A stretch of DNA of 64,000 bases from assembly GCF_009914755.1 (NCBI RefSeq), contig NC_060931.1. The stretch is one strand, 5' to 3'. Origin of the DNA: the human T2T-CHM13v2.0 reference genome, Homo sapiens. The translations under genes and the position numbers were made by a program. Under the pieces are notes generated by a model. That model made no database searches, had not been told where the DNA came from, and saw only the letters and a list, made by a program, of their open reading frames with translations. Positions 27,401-41,100 of this stretch are shown here, piece by piece. Within the stretch, counting starts at the first letter, position 1; each line of letters starts with the position of its first letter.

Positions 27401-30400
27401 TGACATATAGTTGCTCATAATGGCCACTAATAATCCTCTGAATTTCTGCAGTATCAGTTGTAATGTCTTCTATTTCATTTTTGATTTTATTTATTTGGAT
27501 CTTCTCTTTTTCTAAGTGTGACTAAAGATTTGTCAATTTTGTTTAACTTTTCATAAAGACAACTTTTTGTTTCATGTATTTTTAAATTTTATTTATTTCT
27601 GCTCTGATTTTTATTATTTCTTTTCTTCTACTAATTTTGGGTTTAGTTTGCTCTTGCTTTTCCAGTTCTTTAAGATGCATTGTTAGACTGCTTATTTGAA
27701 GTTTTTTCTCTTTTTTAATATAGACACTTAGAGCTATAAACTTCTCTCTTAGCCCTGCTTTTATTGTATCCCATAGGTTTGGTACGTTGTGTTTCCATTG
27801 TTAGTTGTTCCAATAAATTTTTCAATTTCATCCTTAATTTCTTCATTGGCCACTGGTCATTCAGGAGCATACTGTTTATTTCCATATATTTGTATAGTTT
27901 CAAAAATTCCTCTTGTTATTAACTTATAGTTTTTTTCCATTGCGGTCAGAGAAGATGCTTGATGTAACTTTATTTTTTAAAATATATTAAGACGTGTTTT
28001 GTGACCTAAGATATATTCTATCCTTGAGAATGATCCTGTGCTGAGGAAAAGAATGTGTATTCTGCAGCTCTTGGGCGAAATGTTATGTATATATCTATTA
28101 GATCCATTTGGTCTATAGTGCAGAATAGGTCTAATGTTTCTTTGTTGATTTTCTGTCTAGGAGATCTGCCTAATGCTGAAAGTGGGGTGTTGATGTCTCC
28201 AGCTATTATTGTATTGGGACCTATCTCTCTCTTTAGCCCTAATAATATTTGCTTTATACATCTGGGTGCTCCAGTGTTGGTGGCATGTATATTTAAAATT
28301 GTTATTTCCTCTTGCTGAATTTGCCCCTTTATCATTATATAGTGACCTACTTTGTCTCTTTTTATAGTTTTTGTCTTAAAATCTATTTTGTCTGATATAA
28401 GTACTGTGATTTTGCTTTTTTTTGGTTTACATTTGTATGGAATGTCTTTTCCCATCTCTTTATTTTCAGTCTATGTGTGTCTTTATAGGTGAAGTGCGTT
28501 TCTTGTAGGCAACAGATCAAGGGTTCTCATTTTTTTCACCCATTCAGCCAGTCTATGTCTTTTGATTGGGGAGTTTAGTCCATTTACATTCAATGTTATA
28601 ATTCATGGGTAAGAATTTGCTCCTGTATTTTATTATTTGTTTTCTGGTTGTTTTATAATCTTTTCTTCCTTCTTCCTTTCTTTCATCTCTTCCTCTAGTG
28701 AAGGTGATTTTTTTCTGGTGATTTAATTTAGTTTCTTTTTTTAAAAAAATTTTTTGTGTATTCAGTGTATTTTTTTTGTTTTGAAGTTACCATGAGGCTT
28801 GCAAATACTATCTTACAGCCCATCATTTTAATCTGATAACAACACTGTTTTCATAAACAAACAATAAAAAAATAACAAAAACTCACCCTAACTTCCTCCT
28901 TCTGCTTTTAAATTTTTTGTTTTCTATTTATATCTTATTGTACTATGTCTTGAAAAACTATAGTTATTATTTTTAATTGGTTCATCATGTAGTCTTTCTC
29001 CTTAGGATAAGAGTAGTTTACACACCACAGTTGCAGTATTATAATATTCCATGTTTTTCTGTGTACTTACTGTTACCAGTAAGTTTTGTACCTTCAGGTG
29101 ATTATTTTTTGCTCATTAATGTCATTTTATTTCTGATTGAATTACTTCCTTCAGTATTTCTTGTAGGATGGGTTTGGTATTGATGAAATCCCTCAGCTTT
29201 TATCTGGGAAAGTCTTTATTTGCCTTTCATGTTTGAAGGATATTTTTGCCAGATATACTATTTTATTTTATTTTTTTCCTTCGGTATTTTAAATATGTCA
29301 TGCCACTCTCTCCTGGCCTGTAAGCTTTCCACTGAAAAGTCTGCTTCCAGATACATTGGAGCTCCATCGTATGTTATTTGTTTCTTTTGTCTTGCTGCTT
29401 TTAGGATCCTTTGCTTATCCTTGACCTCTGGGAGTTTGATTATTAAGTGTCTTGAGACAGTCTTCTTTGGGTTAAATCTGCTTGGTGCTCTATAACCTTC
29501 ATGTGCTTGGATATTGATATCTTTCTTTAGTTTTGGGAAGTTCTCTTTTATTACCCTTTAAATAAACTTTCCATCCCTATCTCTTTCTCTATCTCCTTCT
29601 GAAGGCCAATAACTCTTAGATTTGCCCCCTTGAGGCCATTTTCTAGGTCCTATAGGCATTCTTCATTTTTTTAAGTTTTTTTTCTTTTGTTTCCTCTGAT
29701 AGTGTTTTCAAATAGCCTGTCCTCATGCTCACTAATTATTCTTCTGCTTGATTCATTAACTTCTATTAAAGGACTCTGATGCATTCTTCAGTATACCAAT
29801 TGCATTATTCAGCTCCAGAATTTCTGTTTGATTCTTTTTAATTATTTCAGTCTCTTTGTTAAATTTATCTGATAAAATTCTGAATTCCTTCTCTGTGTTA
29901 CTTGAATTTCTTTGAGTTTCTTCAACACAGTTATTTTGAATTATCTGTCTGAAATGTCACATGTCTCTACTTCTCCAGGATTAGTCCTTGGTGTCTTTCT
30001 TAGTTCATTTGGTGAGGTCATGTTTTCCAGATAGTGTAGATGCTAGTAGATGATCTTCAGTGTCTGGACATTGAAGAGTTAGATGTTTATTTTAGTCTTC
30101 AGTGTCTGGGCTTATCTGCAGCCATCCTTCTTGGGGAGGCTTTTCAGATATATGAAAGGACTTGTGTGTTGTGGTCTAAGCTGTTTCTTCTTTAGGGGAA
30201 ACCCCAAGACCAATAATGTAATTCTTGAGGACTCATAGAGGTACTGCCTTGATGGTCTTGGACAAGATCTGGGAAATTTTCTGGATTACCAGGCAGAGAC
30301 TCTTGTTCTCTTCCCTTACTTTCTCCAGAACATACAGTCTCTCTCTCTGTTTTGAGTCACCTAAAGCTAGGGGTTGAGTGACACAAGCACCCCTGTGGCC

Positions 30401-31689
30401 ACCAGCACTATAACTGTGCTGGGTGAAACCTGAAGCCAGCCCAGCATTGGATCTTGCCCAAGGCTTGCTGTAACCACTCCCTGGCTACTGCCTATGTTCA
30501 CTGAAGGCTCTGGGGCTCTACAATCAGCAGGTGGCAAAGCCTGCCAGACCTGTGTCTTCCCCTTCAGGGCGGTAAGACTCCCCAGGCCCCAGGTGGTCCA
30601 GAAGTGCTGTCTGGGAGTCAGGGACTAGAATCAAAAATCTTAGAAGTCTACCTGATGTTCTATTGTATTGCAACTGAGCTAGCACTCAAACCACAAGGCG
30701 CAGTCCTTCTCTTCCCTTTTCCAAAGGCAGAGGAGCCTCACCCTGTAGCCACCATCACCCCTGGCCATGAGGAGTACTGCCAGACTACCATCAATGTTTC
30801 CTTAAGGCCCAGGGTCTCTTAAGTCAGCTTGTGGTGAATGCTGCCTGGTTTGGGACTCACCCTTCAGGGCAGCGGGCTCCTCTGTGGCCCAGAAAAGGTC
30901 CAGAAATGCTGTTCAAGTATCAGGTACTGGAATCAGGGACTCCAAGAGCCTGCTTGATGCTCTATCTGCCTGTGGTGGCATTGGTACCTAAGATGCAAGG
31001 CAAAGTCCTTTTTACTTTTCCCTCTGCTTTTCTCAGGCAGAAGTTTTGCCCTGTAGCCACCATAGCTGGTAATGTGCTGAATCTCACCTGAAGCCAGCAA
31101 GTCTCAGTGATTTACCAAGGCCCTTGATATAGCACCTGGCTGTCGCTGCTGGTTATTCAGGGCCCAAGGGCTTTTTAGTTAGCAGGTGATGAATGTTGGC
31201 AAAACTGGGTCCTTTCCTTCAAGGCAGTAGGTTTCCTTCTGGTCCAGGGTGTGTCTAGAAATGTCATCTGGGAGGCAGGGGTCTAGAACAGGGGCCTCAT
31301 GACTCGGACAATTTCCCTATCCTGCTGTGGCTTCCAAGATGCATTACAAAGCCATCCCACTGTTCCCTCTCCTCTCCTCAAGAGGAAGTCTTGTTCTCCT
31401 GACCAAACTCAGCTGAGTTCAATGCCTTACAGTTGCTGTGTTCTCCTCCCTCAGCACCAGGATATGCTGTCCACACATTGTGGCGTCCCTGATTCAGGAC
31501 TGTTTTTTCTATCTCTTCAGTGGCTTTTTAGTGATATAAAGTTAAAACCAGGTACTATGAGTGCTCATCTGATTTTTGGTTCTTATGAAGGTGTTGTTTT
31601 TCTGTGTAGATAGTTATTAACTTGGTGTCTTTGTGGGGGGCTGATCCATGGAACTTTCTATTACGCCATCTTCTCTGCCTCCAACAGTG
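24412..31689 (-). mobile_element. Near-full-length inactive L1 (L1MA1-3 type) with internal deletions
   Basis: 3' UTR at 24.4-24.9 kb, RT motif FADDMILYLEKPKDS, endonuclease remnant (28018-28455), ORF1 region, 5' UTR ending cgccatcttctctgcctcc; candidate TSD taactctagtaatt (24398-24411) / taattctaataatt (31690-31703). Confidence 0.9.
25846..26176 (+). mobile_element. Young 5'-truncated L1 3' end (L1PA2-like)
   Basis: Near-consensus 3' UTR with intact CpGs; GAG (not ACA/ACG) at the Ta diagnostic site (gatgacGAGttag); perfect TSD aaattttaggat at 25834-25845 and 26177-26188. Confidence 0.95.
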
Positions 31690-31724
31690 TAATTCTAATA
31701 ATTTACCTAAATTAACTTTTTTTG

Positions 31725-32176
31725 ATTTTTCTTTTTTTTGATACATGGTCTTCCTCTGCAATCATAGCTCACTGTAACTTTGAACTCCTGAGTTGGTCCT
31801 TCCACCTTAGCATCCCAAGTAGCTGAAACTACAAACATATGCCACCGTGCTCAGCTAACTTCTTTCTCTTCTTTCTTTCTTACTTTCTTTCTTTCTTTTT
31901 TCTTTCTTTCTCTTTCTTTTTTTCTTTCTCTCTCTCTCTCTTTCTTTCTTCTTTCCTCTTTCTTTCTTTCCCTTCTGTCCTTCCTTCCTTCCCTCCTGCC
32001 TTCCTTCCTTCTTTTTCTTTCTTTTCTTTCTCTTTCATTATTTCTTCTTTTCTCTGTTCACGACAGTGTCTTGGTATGTTATCCAGGTTGGTCTTGAACT
32101 CCTGGCCTCAATTGGTCCTTTCACCTCAGCATCCCATAGTGATGGGATTACAGTCATGAGTCATTGCATCCAGCCC
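31725..32176 (-). mobile_element. Old AluJ with expanded central linker
   Basis: Right arm ~31725-31858, left arm ~32058-32176, separated by a pyrimidine microsatellite. Confidence 0.85.
31859..32055. repeat. Compound (CTTT)n/(CT)n/(CCTT)n polypyrimidine tract
   Basis: About 195 bp almost free of purines on the plus strand. Confidence 0.95.
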
Positions 32177-32210
32177 TTCTTCCATTCTTCCATATTTTTT
32201 ACATACATAA

Positions 32211-32212
<2 letters not shown>

Positions 32213-32246
<34 letters not shown>
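32213..32246. repeat. (TG)17 microsatellite
   Basis: Perfect dinucleotide run. Confidence 0.98.
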
Positions 32247-32250
<4 letters not shown>

Positions 32251-32371
32251 ATGACAGTTTTTTTCTCCCCTATCTTCATTCTTTCTTTTCTTTTTTTCTG
32301 CTGCATTACTAGGGCCTCCTGTACAATTTGAATAAGGAGTGTGGTAGAAAGATATCTTTGTCTCATTTCTT

Positions 32372-32695
<324 letters not shown>

Positions 32696-32894
32696 TAGAA
32701 AGAAAGCCTTCAATATTTCACAATTAAGTATGATAATTGCCATAGGTTTTTCCTCCTTTATCAGAATAAGAAAAAACCCTTATACTGTTAATTGCTTAGA
32801 GCTTCTATCATGAATAAATATTGAATTAAATAAAATACCATTTCTTCATTCACTGAAATGATCATAAGATTTTTCTTGTTTAGTCTGTGTACTG

Positions 32895-35365
32895 GAAAGT
32901 TATTGTTGCTATAGTACTGCATAACAAATCACCCCCAAACTCAGTGAGTTATAACAATCATCTCTGTTCAGTGTGTTGATATCTCATGGGACAAAGCAAG
33001 TAAGATGGGTTAGTTCAAGGTCAAAACGGGAGAGGAATACACTCTACCATCAGTGGGAAGAACTTCAAAGTTCCATGACAAAGGGCACGGATAGAGGGAG
33101 GGGCCAGTAAAAAGTCCTCTCCGTGGCCACAATTATTCACAATCCTTCTTATGCAAAATACACTTATACCCCTCCTCAGATCCCCAGAATCTCATGATGC
33201 ACACCACAAAGCTTGAATCCCAGATCAGATCAAGAGGCTGCTCCTTTTGACCTAGAGACTTATAAACCCCAAAAACCAAGTTATCACCCCCATTTATAGG
33301 CAACATTAACCCATGGATGGGGTAACTACAATATGTGCTCTCATTAGAAAAGAGGAGAAGGGAGGCATATAGAGGTAACTAGTCCATGACAATTCTGAAA
33401 TTCTGCTGGAAAAATGTTAACATCTCCCTCTATATAAAGATGGATAATATTCCTTGATTAAACTACTTTGCTATCTGAAAATGGCTTCCCATCAATTGTT
33501 TACCATGACTCTTATCTCTACCTTCTGCAATATCATTCCTTTTCCATTTTGCTCTTTGGCCTCTTTTGAAGACGACATTAGAAAATATGCTTTCTAAGGG
33601 AGCAGATAAGCAGTTTTATGGGCATGTTTCCTGTCTGTAGAAAGTTGGAGATTATCAGGATTTTTAAAATCTCATGGTACCCACTCCTTTTGTTAGCTTA
33701 GGGTAGTCTGACTTTTGCTAATGGTGACCTCTTAAAAATTTAGTTAATTTTCTATATATTTTATTCCACTCATCTCTTTATGTCAAAAGCTGCCCCTACA
33801 GTTTTTTTAAAAAGATACTTCTTGCTTTCTCTAGGCTTAATTATGGGTATTTTGGATCCATTAAGTTTCTAAGCGACAATGTCTTTAAGCTTTCTAGGAA
33901 AGCTTAAAGCTTTTTTTTTTTAATTCAGTTGGAAGGATATAGTAGGTGCCACATTAATTTTTTCATATCTCTTAAAGAAAGGTGTAAGTACTACATCCTT
34001 GATTTTGTTTCTACTGCTGTCTTAGTTTATTTTGTGTTGCTACAACAGAATACTTTAGACTAGGCAATTTATAAAGAAAACAGGTTTCTTTATCTCACAA
34101 TTCTGCCCGCTGGGAAGTTCAAAGGAATGGCTCTGGCTTCTGGCAAGGACTTTTATGCTGTAGAATCATACACGGCAGGGAAAGTCAAAGGGGAAGGGTG
34201 GACACATGTGAAAAGAGAAAGTCCAAGGGGTATCCTAGCTTTAACCCACTCTCAAAGAAACTAATTTATTCCCATGAGAACTAATGTAATTTGCCAGAGG
34301 GAGAACTCACTACCAGGACAACAGCACCAAGATGTTCATGAAGTATCTGCTCCCATGACCCCAACACTTCCCACTAGATCCAATCTCATGACACTGCCAC
34401 AATGGTAATCAGATTTCAAAATGAACTTTTTCTGGGGGAAGCAAACCATATCCAGCCCATCAAAATAAGTCATATCCAATCCATAACAATCACCAGATTT
34501 AACCAAATAGCCACAGTTTTTTAAATATTTCCCCAAGGCTATATAATAATTTGACAATATTTAACTCTTGGGAGATGGATAGATTAGAAGTAGTTTTATT
34601 TTTCAACCTAGCAGGTTCTGGGCCACTTGTATGCCTTCTAAAATCTGCTTGTAAACTGGCCAGTTCTCTTCTGAATTTATCTTTACTTTGTAGTGTCTCA
34701 TTATACAAAGCAAAAATTATCAGCTGAAGTTTTGAAACTTCTGCCTGGAAAATATCTTTTCAAGAAGATAAATTCATTAGGTAGATTTTCCATCTTCCAC
34801 ATTATAGTTGGTGACAGTCTTGTGACTATATAACATAGGACATTTATTTTAGTGTCTTGTATTAGTTCCCTTGCCATTTTTAAAGACTCAAAACATTTTC
34901 TCACCTTCTATCATCTAGCCCCAAACCAGTATTACATATATTAGTGCTTTGTTAAAAAATCATCTAGCTCCATTTTGCTTAGATATTACCACAATAGTGC
35001 TGGAAGCAAGCCATCCTGAAATTGAATGCCTGAAAACATTTTAGAGATTTGTAGATCAGCTGGAATGATTCTGCTCATATATTTGTCACACTCATCTTGA
35101 AACCAGTGGAGTAGTGAGAGCATGTTCTTCTAATGGTGATGGCAGAGAGGTGGGTATCAAGCCCACCTGTGAGAGCAATTTCAAGTCTCTGCTTGCCTCC
35201 TGTCTACTAATGTCCTATTGGCTAGAAAAAAATCACATGGCTGAGTTCAAAGTCAAAGGGAAGGGCAATATATTTCAAATATAGCAGGATAAAATACAAA
35301 TTCAAATGACAAAGGCATGGATACAAGAGGTGAAGAATTGAGGCAATAATACACCCTTATTACAT
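32895..35365 (-). mobile_element. Ancient two-LTR MaLR element (MLT1H/G-like LTRs at ~32895-33110 and ~34980-35365 plus MLT1-int)
   Basis: Both LTRs share agttcaa[g/a]gtcaaa..tgacaaagg(g)ca[c/t]ggata; internal atgcaaaatacact and ccaaaccagtattacatata. Confidence 0.65.
34018..34488 (-). mobile_element. MST (MSTB-like) solo LTR
   Basis: tgtcttagtttattttgtgttgctacaacagaatac..cccatgaccccaacacttcccactag..ccataaca. Confidence 0.85.
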
Positions 35366-35750
35366 TCTGTTCATGTGGTGCATTACAATGACTATTCATG
35401 TTAAATCACGCTTGCATTCCTATAATAAACTTGATTTTATCCTGACAGATTATACTTTTTGTATTTTGCTGGTTTCAATTTGTTAATATTTTAAAACTTC
35501 AAATTTATGTTACTGAGAGATTTACTGATTTTTTTTCCTTCATGTCAGTTTCTGGTATTAATATGTTTCTGGCCTAATAAAAATGAGTTGGAAAGCTTTT
35601 CCTACCTTTCTATTTTCTGAGTCCATGTAAGATTGGTATTGTTTCTTTCTTAAATGATTGGTAGAATTTACTGATAAAGCCATGCATACCTGGAGATTTT
35701 TTGGTTGCTGGAAGGCTTTTAAATTACGAATTGAATTTCTTTAATGCTTA

Positions 35751-36041
35751 TAGGTCATATACTAAACTCTTCCATTTTGCCTTTTATTGTGCATGCTTGA
35801 GCCCACTCGCCCAATTCTTGAGATCTTATTGGGAAGCTGCTGATCACCAGTTTCAGGTGTTTTCTATCTACTAGGAGATGGCCATTCCCTGGTGCCAGCT
35901 GTGACCAATTATTACTTTAGAGAGACAATTAGCAAGCAATGACCATCACCTGATGGTTGCTGAATACTCCTGGTGTGTGGGGAGGAGCAGGAGAAGTCTT
36001 CTCCTGCCCTGCTCATACTGGACTAGTTACCCACTGTAAGA
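35751..36041 (-). mobile_element. Partial MER50-family 3' LTR
   Basis: Homologous to 7600-8200; adjoined by polypurine tract gaggggggaaa (minus strand, 36042-36052). Confidence 0.85.
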
Positions 36042-36725
36042 TTTCCCCCCTCAAGAGTCTAAGACCTGAATTCTTTGGGGAAAACGGACGAAGGTCAGTC
36101 TTCCATAACTGCTTTCTTTTGACATAGGGATGGTGGTGGTAGTTTAATGGGGCTTGGCCTGTTGCTTGCTCTCAGGGCAGAAGGATGGCTCCATGGATTG
36201 GTGAAAGTGGTACCCAGCCAAGTCCGAGGAAAACAGGGGCAGGATTTCCTCTCTGTCATGTCCCACTTATGGGTAGTCTAGGGGTCCCCTGTAGAAGGGT
36301 AACTCTTGACTAGTGAGAGTATGGTATCCCTCACTGAGGATCATCTGGAGCTTGATGGCCTGAAGTCAAGAGGAGATAAATTGGGTTATTAGATTTAGAA
36401 GAATGTCAAAATAAAACAAGGGAGTGAAAACACCTCTAAAAATTCCCAAAGCTGCCGACACACCCAGGTAGCTGGTAGCTATAGTCTTGCCTGCTAAGAC
36501 TGGGGTTGCTAGCCAATTCCAGTATGTGCCTAGGATGAGAATATTGATCCAGATTTTAATATTACCCATCTCTCCTGTTTCTTCTGAGCTGCAGCAAGAG
36601 ATCACTAGTTGGTTCATAGGAATAAGCAGGGTTAGTCTAAATTGAAACCTGTGAAGGGGGAGCAGATAGGAGGTTATCTACATATTGTAGAAGTTATACC
36701 CCCTCAACAGATTGCTCAGGTAGAT
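36042..36725 (-). pseudogene. ERV1 internal fragment with env cytoplasmic-tail remnant (HERV-FRD/MER50-int-like)
   Basis: Minus 36401-36294 translates LLNLITQFISS*LQAIKLQMILSEGYHTLTSQELPF; lies just upstream of PPT and LTR as expected for env. Confidence 0.85.
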
Positions 36726-37944
36726 TTAATAATTGTTTCAGCCAGATCTTTACATTCTAGATGATTTATTTTGTCACATCTGTGCTATGGCAATATTTTT
36801 GTGTTTTTTTTTATTATTTGCTCTATCTTATTCATTTCTTCCTTTATTTTTGCAGTGCTTTTAAAAAAGATTTTCTACTGGTTTTATTTTGATCACCCAT
36901 CTTTGAATGAGTTGAGATTTCCTATACCAATGATTTGAAGGGTAGGGCCCACAGCAATATTTCAAGTTTGTAGGCATTTTCCTTATGTTGCTGAATTTTG
37001 ATGAATAAATATTATTGGCCTTTATTTTAACCAAATGTTAGAAATTACAAACTAGTCTGCCTACCATTCATTTTCCTTTCTTTTTTGTTTTTAGTAAAAA
37101 TCAGCTACTCCTTGCAAGTATGGCTTATCTGTAAGATTTCATATGTACTTTTTTCTTCTGCTTATTAGAACAAAGCTGGGATAACTGAAGCTCTCATCTC
37201 TAGCCTACTTGCAGTTTTGTAAACTTTGGTTTGGTACCCGAGGGAGTACATATGAGTACATATCAAGGTGCACTCTGGAGATGTGTACCTTCATCCTTTT
37301 CCTACAAAAATTCAATTTATGTTTTAACTCCTCATCATAACCCTACCACATACACACTGCTTTTGACAACTTCCATCTTTTTAATCTTTTTAAATTTTGG
37401 GAGAGATTCATTATTCTAATTTTTCAATGATGTATTTTGTTTGTGTTTCCTTATTTTCTTTGTTGCATTTACCTTTTTTTTTGCTGAAGAGGAAGGCGAA
37501 AAATGCCATTTTTATAATATTAATCATGATTGTGGACTGTGATGATATATTTTTGACTTTACTTAAAGTAACCTCTTTTTGGTGTGTTCTTGAGGTCAAA
37601 TCTTGTGCTCTATTCTTATTAATGTGCATTTGGCCTCAGGTGAATTGGGATCAATTATTTGGTTGTATCTGAAGAAATACAAACCTAATTTTGAAAAACA
37701 ATTCAAAATGAGTGTTTCAATGACAAATAAAATTCTTCTTGCATATGAATTATCCTTTTAATATCTAAATAGCTATAAAATAGAATACAAATCTTTCATA
37801 ACCATACATTAATACAAAAAATGAGTGTTTGTAAATAAATGATTAAATATACATTAGTTAAGTTTCCACAGCATCCCAAAAATTATACGTTGTATTGCAG
37901 AGAAGGAGAAAATGTGTATAGATGGTACCTAACTGATATAATGA

Positions 37945-38190
37945 TATGATACAACAGATCTTGGCATTCAGACTAGTTTAACTGGGTTCTTGTCTCATCT
38001 CTTCTCTATGTAAGCTGTGTGGCTTGAGGAAGTCAGTTAACCTTTCTGTGCTCTCATTTTTAAAAATGGAGAAATAATAGTACTTCTCTGATATAGTTGT
38101 TAAAATAGTTAAATGAATTAATGTATGTGAAGAGCTTACAAGAGTATCTGGCATATACTGAGCTTTCAAGAGGTGCTTCTTATTATTTTG
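37945..38190 (+). mobile_element. MIR (near full length)
   Basis: agctgtgtggcttgaggaagtcagttaacctttctgtgctctc..aaatgaattaatgtatgtgaagagctta..ctggcatata. Confidence 0.85.
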
Positions 38191-41100
38191 TGAAAGTTGA
38201 CCTTATATAAAGCTTTCTACAAGTCAAAATAAAATTGTCTGTAGTGTGTATACATTTATGTATCCATTTCCCTCAGCTAGATAGTATTTTCGTATGCATA
38301 GAATGGAGAATAACTTAGCAGCCATATTTTCGTAGTTTTTTCCTTTTATTAAACTTTTGTTTTATGTTATTACTCTACAGATATTTGCTCAATTTATCAC
38401 AACTTAAAGTAATTCTGACTCATATTAAAGTGGACTTTTCTTGTAAGTAGAGATCTTATGCCAGTCAATCCTTGTATATTAGGAGCTGATTCTCTAGTAT
38501 CCAGAAGATGAAAGGACCTTTTTCTTATTCTGGGCATATCTCTTTTGCACATTATCTGCTGACAACTGCTACTACACCTGAAGGACTCAGCTCTGTTTCA
38601 TCTTCTTCAAGAAACTTTCCCTAATTCCTGTGGGATTGTGAGAGTTTCAGAATGCTTATCACACTTGCTTACCGCCCTCCTCTAGCTTTCAGCTACAAAT
38701 AAAAGAAACTCCTGATAAAGTGGTGTAAACAATGAAGGTATAATATATTGCATGAGTCTAAAAACCATATTGAAAACTGCTAAATGCAAGCTCAAGATCT
38801 TTCCTCCTCTATAACTTTTTTTTTTTTACTAACAGAATGACAATTTTATTTCCAGAGTCTGTATGTTCAACTTTTTAAATGCCTGTTAAAGAATCCCACT
38901 GGATACTACTGACATCTAAATGAATTTTGTAAAATAGCACTGCTATTTTTTTAATGTCCAGAGATATTCCTTGAAATATTTTGGGAGCTTTGATTTCATT
39001 ATAAAAGTTACTCATGCATAGAGTTAAAAACTATAGGGATGAAAGTGCTTAAAGTAAAAGTTAAAGATTATCTCCCCTCATCCACACCCACACTCCCAAT
39101 TTTCACTCATCAGAAAGGCAATTTCTGTTAATAGTTTCTTGTATATCCTTTAAAATGCCATTTTAAAGGATATACAATTTTAAATATCTTTTATTTATTG
39201 CATCATTTCCCTTCCAGCCTTTTATTTTTTCATAGAAGCCACCCCCGTTCCATTGCTCATTTATATATTCTGAAGTAAGCAGACCAGAAATCACTTTTGC
39301 TACCTCACAGAGAAATTGGTCTTCTTTATTAGAATATGCTCACTGAGGAAAAGAGTGTGAATTAGCAAGACTCCCTTCTGAAATGCTAAACCATGTTACA
39401 TTATAGTTTTAATAATGATGGTTAATAATAATGTGTTTGTGCATTTTTGTGACTACATCACTGTCATTTCACCCCAGTACTCTTCAATATTAATAACTGT
39501 GACAGTGACAAGATGTGCTAAACAGTCACAGATTTTATAAACAGTCAGCTGTCCTCAGTGGCAAGTGGTATTTTATATTTTGTTTTAGCACAAAGAGTAC
39601 GAATGATATTTATTCACTAAGACATGTAGAGCAAGATGCAAAATTTTAAAAATGCTAGTCCTATGATAGATACATATGCTGGAAGATTATGGGAGAGAAA
39701 AAATTACAGAGGCTAATGCATTTGAAGCTACTATAATACAATCCTCCATAAAGTATAATACTCTTTAAGGTAGGACTATTTTGGATTTCTTCCAAAGCCA
39801 TTTATTTCTAAAGAACCATAAGAACCTTATTAAGGAGGACCTATCTTGGGCAATGTAATAGTGTCCTTTTAATTCTCTCTAGCCTACTTTTCCCACACAC
39901 TTTTCCTCAAAGAATATTTTATCCAGTCTTCAGGAACTCTCATACTATGTCTCCTTCCTACTACACCCAAGGTTTTAGTAATTATTTACATCTTAAATTA
40001 CGATGTTAGGATTCCATCTTTAACTCCAAAGAAACAAGGTGTCTTTCACCTTAATTAAAGGTGAGTTGAATGAGTTGGGAGTTTTGAGCCCCTTAAATCT
40101 CACTTCGTAGGCTGAGAAGGAGGATGATCCTAGTTTAACATGATATCACTTCAAAGGTAATCTCACAGGTAGCATTTTAGTGATGTCCTTGATTGATTTA
40201 TAGTTCTAAGAGATTTTTGTTGTAAACAAGGAGTTTGGCAAAGAATACCAAGTAAAAACATCTTAATTTTTGTAATGATAGGATGGACTTTACTTTTGAA
40301 GAATACCCCACACCCAAGTTCTGCTGTATTTGACTGCTTAACTTTCTACTTTGGAAGGATACAGTCTCCTCTGCCATTATTTGACCCTTAGGTTTGTAAA
40401 TATGCTGTATTAGTGGCATGGGAGTAAAGCCACACCACAAGATGGCAAAGCCAAGTACTGTGATGACTCCCAATCCTGACACCCTAGTTTGGTCTGTTTG
40501 CAGTTATTTTAAGGCATTCAATAATTTAAAATATAATTCACAAATGAGGGGCAGTGGAAAATGCTGCTGTGAAATCAGAAACACAATTTGAGATGTCTCA
40601 CCTCCTACAAAGAGGGCTGTCACTGCTTTCATATAGCTATTCTGGGTTTGAGATATAGTAGGTATTTCTTTAGAATCTGTAATTCTATTAGGGACACTTA
40701 TGATTCCTTTGAGAGCTTCTTATTCTAACTTGTGGGGAACTATTTTCCTTTTATTCAAAGTCCATCTGATAAATCTTTCAAAATGTACCTTTTAACTGTA
40801 TTTCTTGAAAATTTACATTTCTATTTTATAACTCATCTTATTGTATATAATCAGTCAACTAGTGTCAGAAAGTTACTTAAAAGTTACTTAAAAGCTGATG
40901 ATATTTAAAAGGGAGAAAGACAGCTAAGTGACTCCACTCCCTTTTAACTTTGATTAAGGATAATATCCTATACTCAGTGTTAGTGGTTCTCTCTACGAGC
41001 ACTTACTGTATCCTGTCACAGCAAGTTAACTTATTAATTCTGTCTCCTTATCTTGAACACTGTACATAGAGATTCTAGACACAAGTAGTCTGGAATTCAC

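Noticed and set aside
24412-31689. Retrotransposition-competent L1
   Set aside because: Internal deletions (near 25447 and 27280), many stops and a nested insertion; the L1PB at 51.9-58.8 kb is equally disabled
36366-36617. Functional syncytin-like or membrane micropeptide ORF
   Set aside because: No signal peptide, furin site or immunosuppressive domain; stop at the conserved Arg; only the last ~11 residues are env-like
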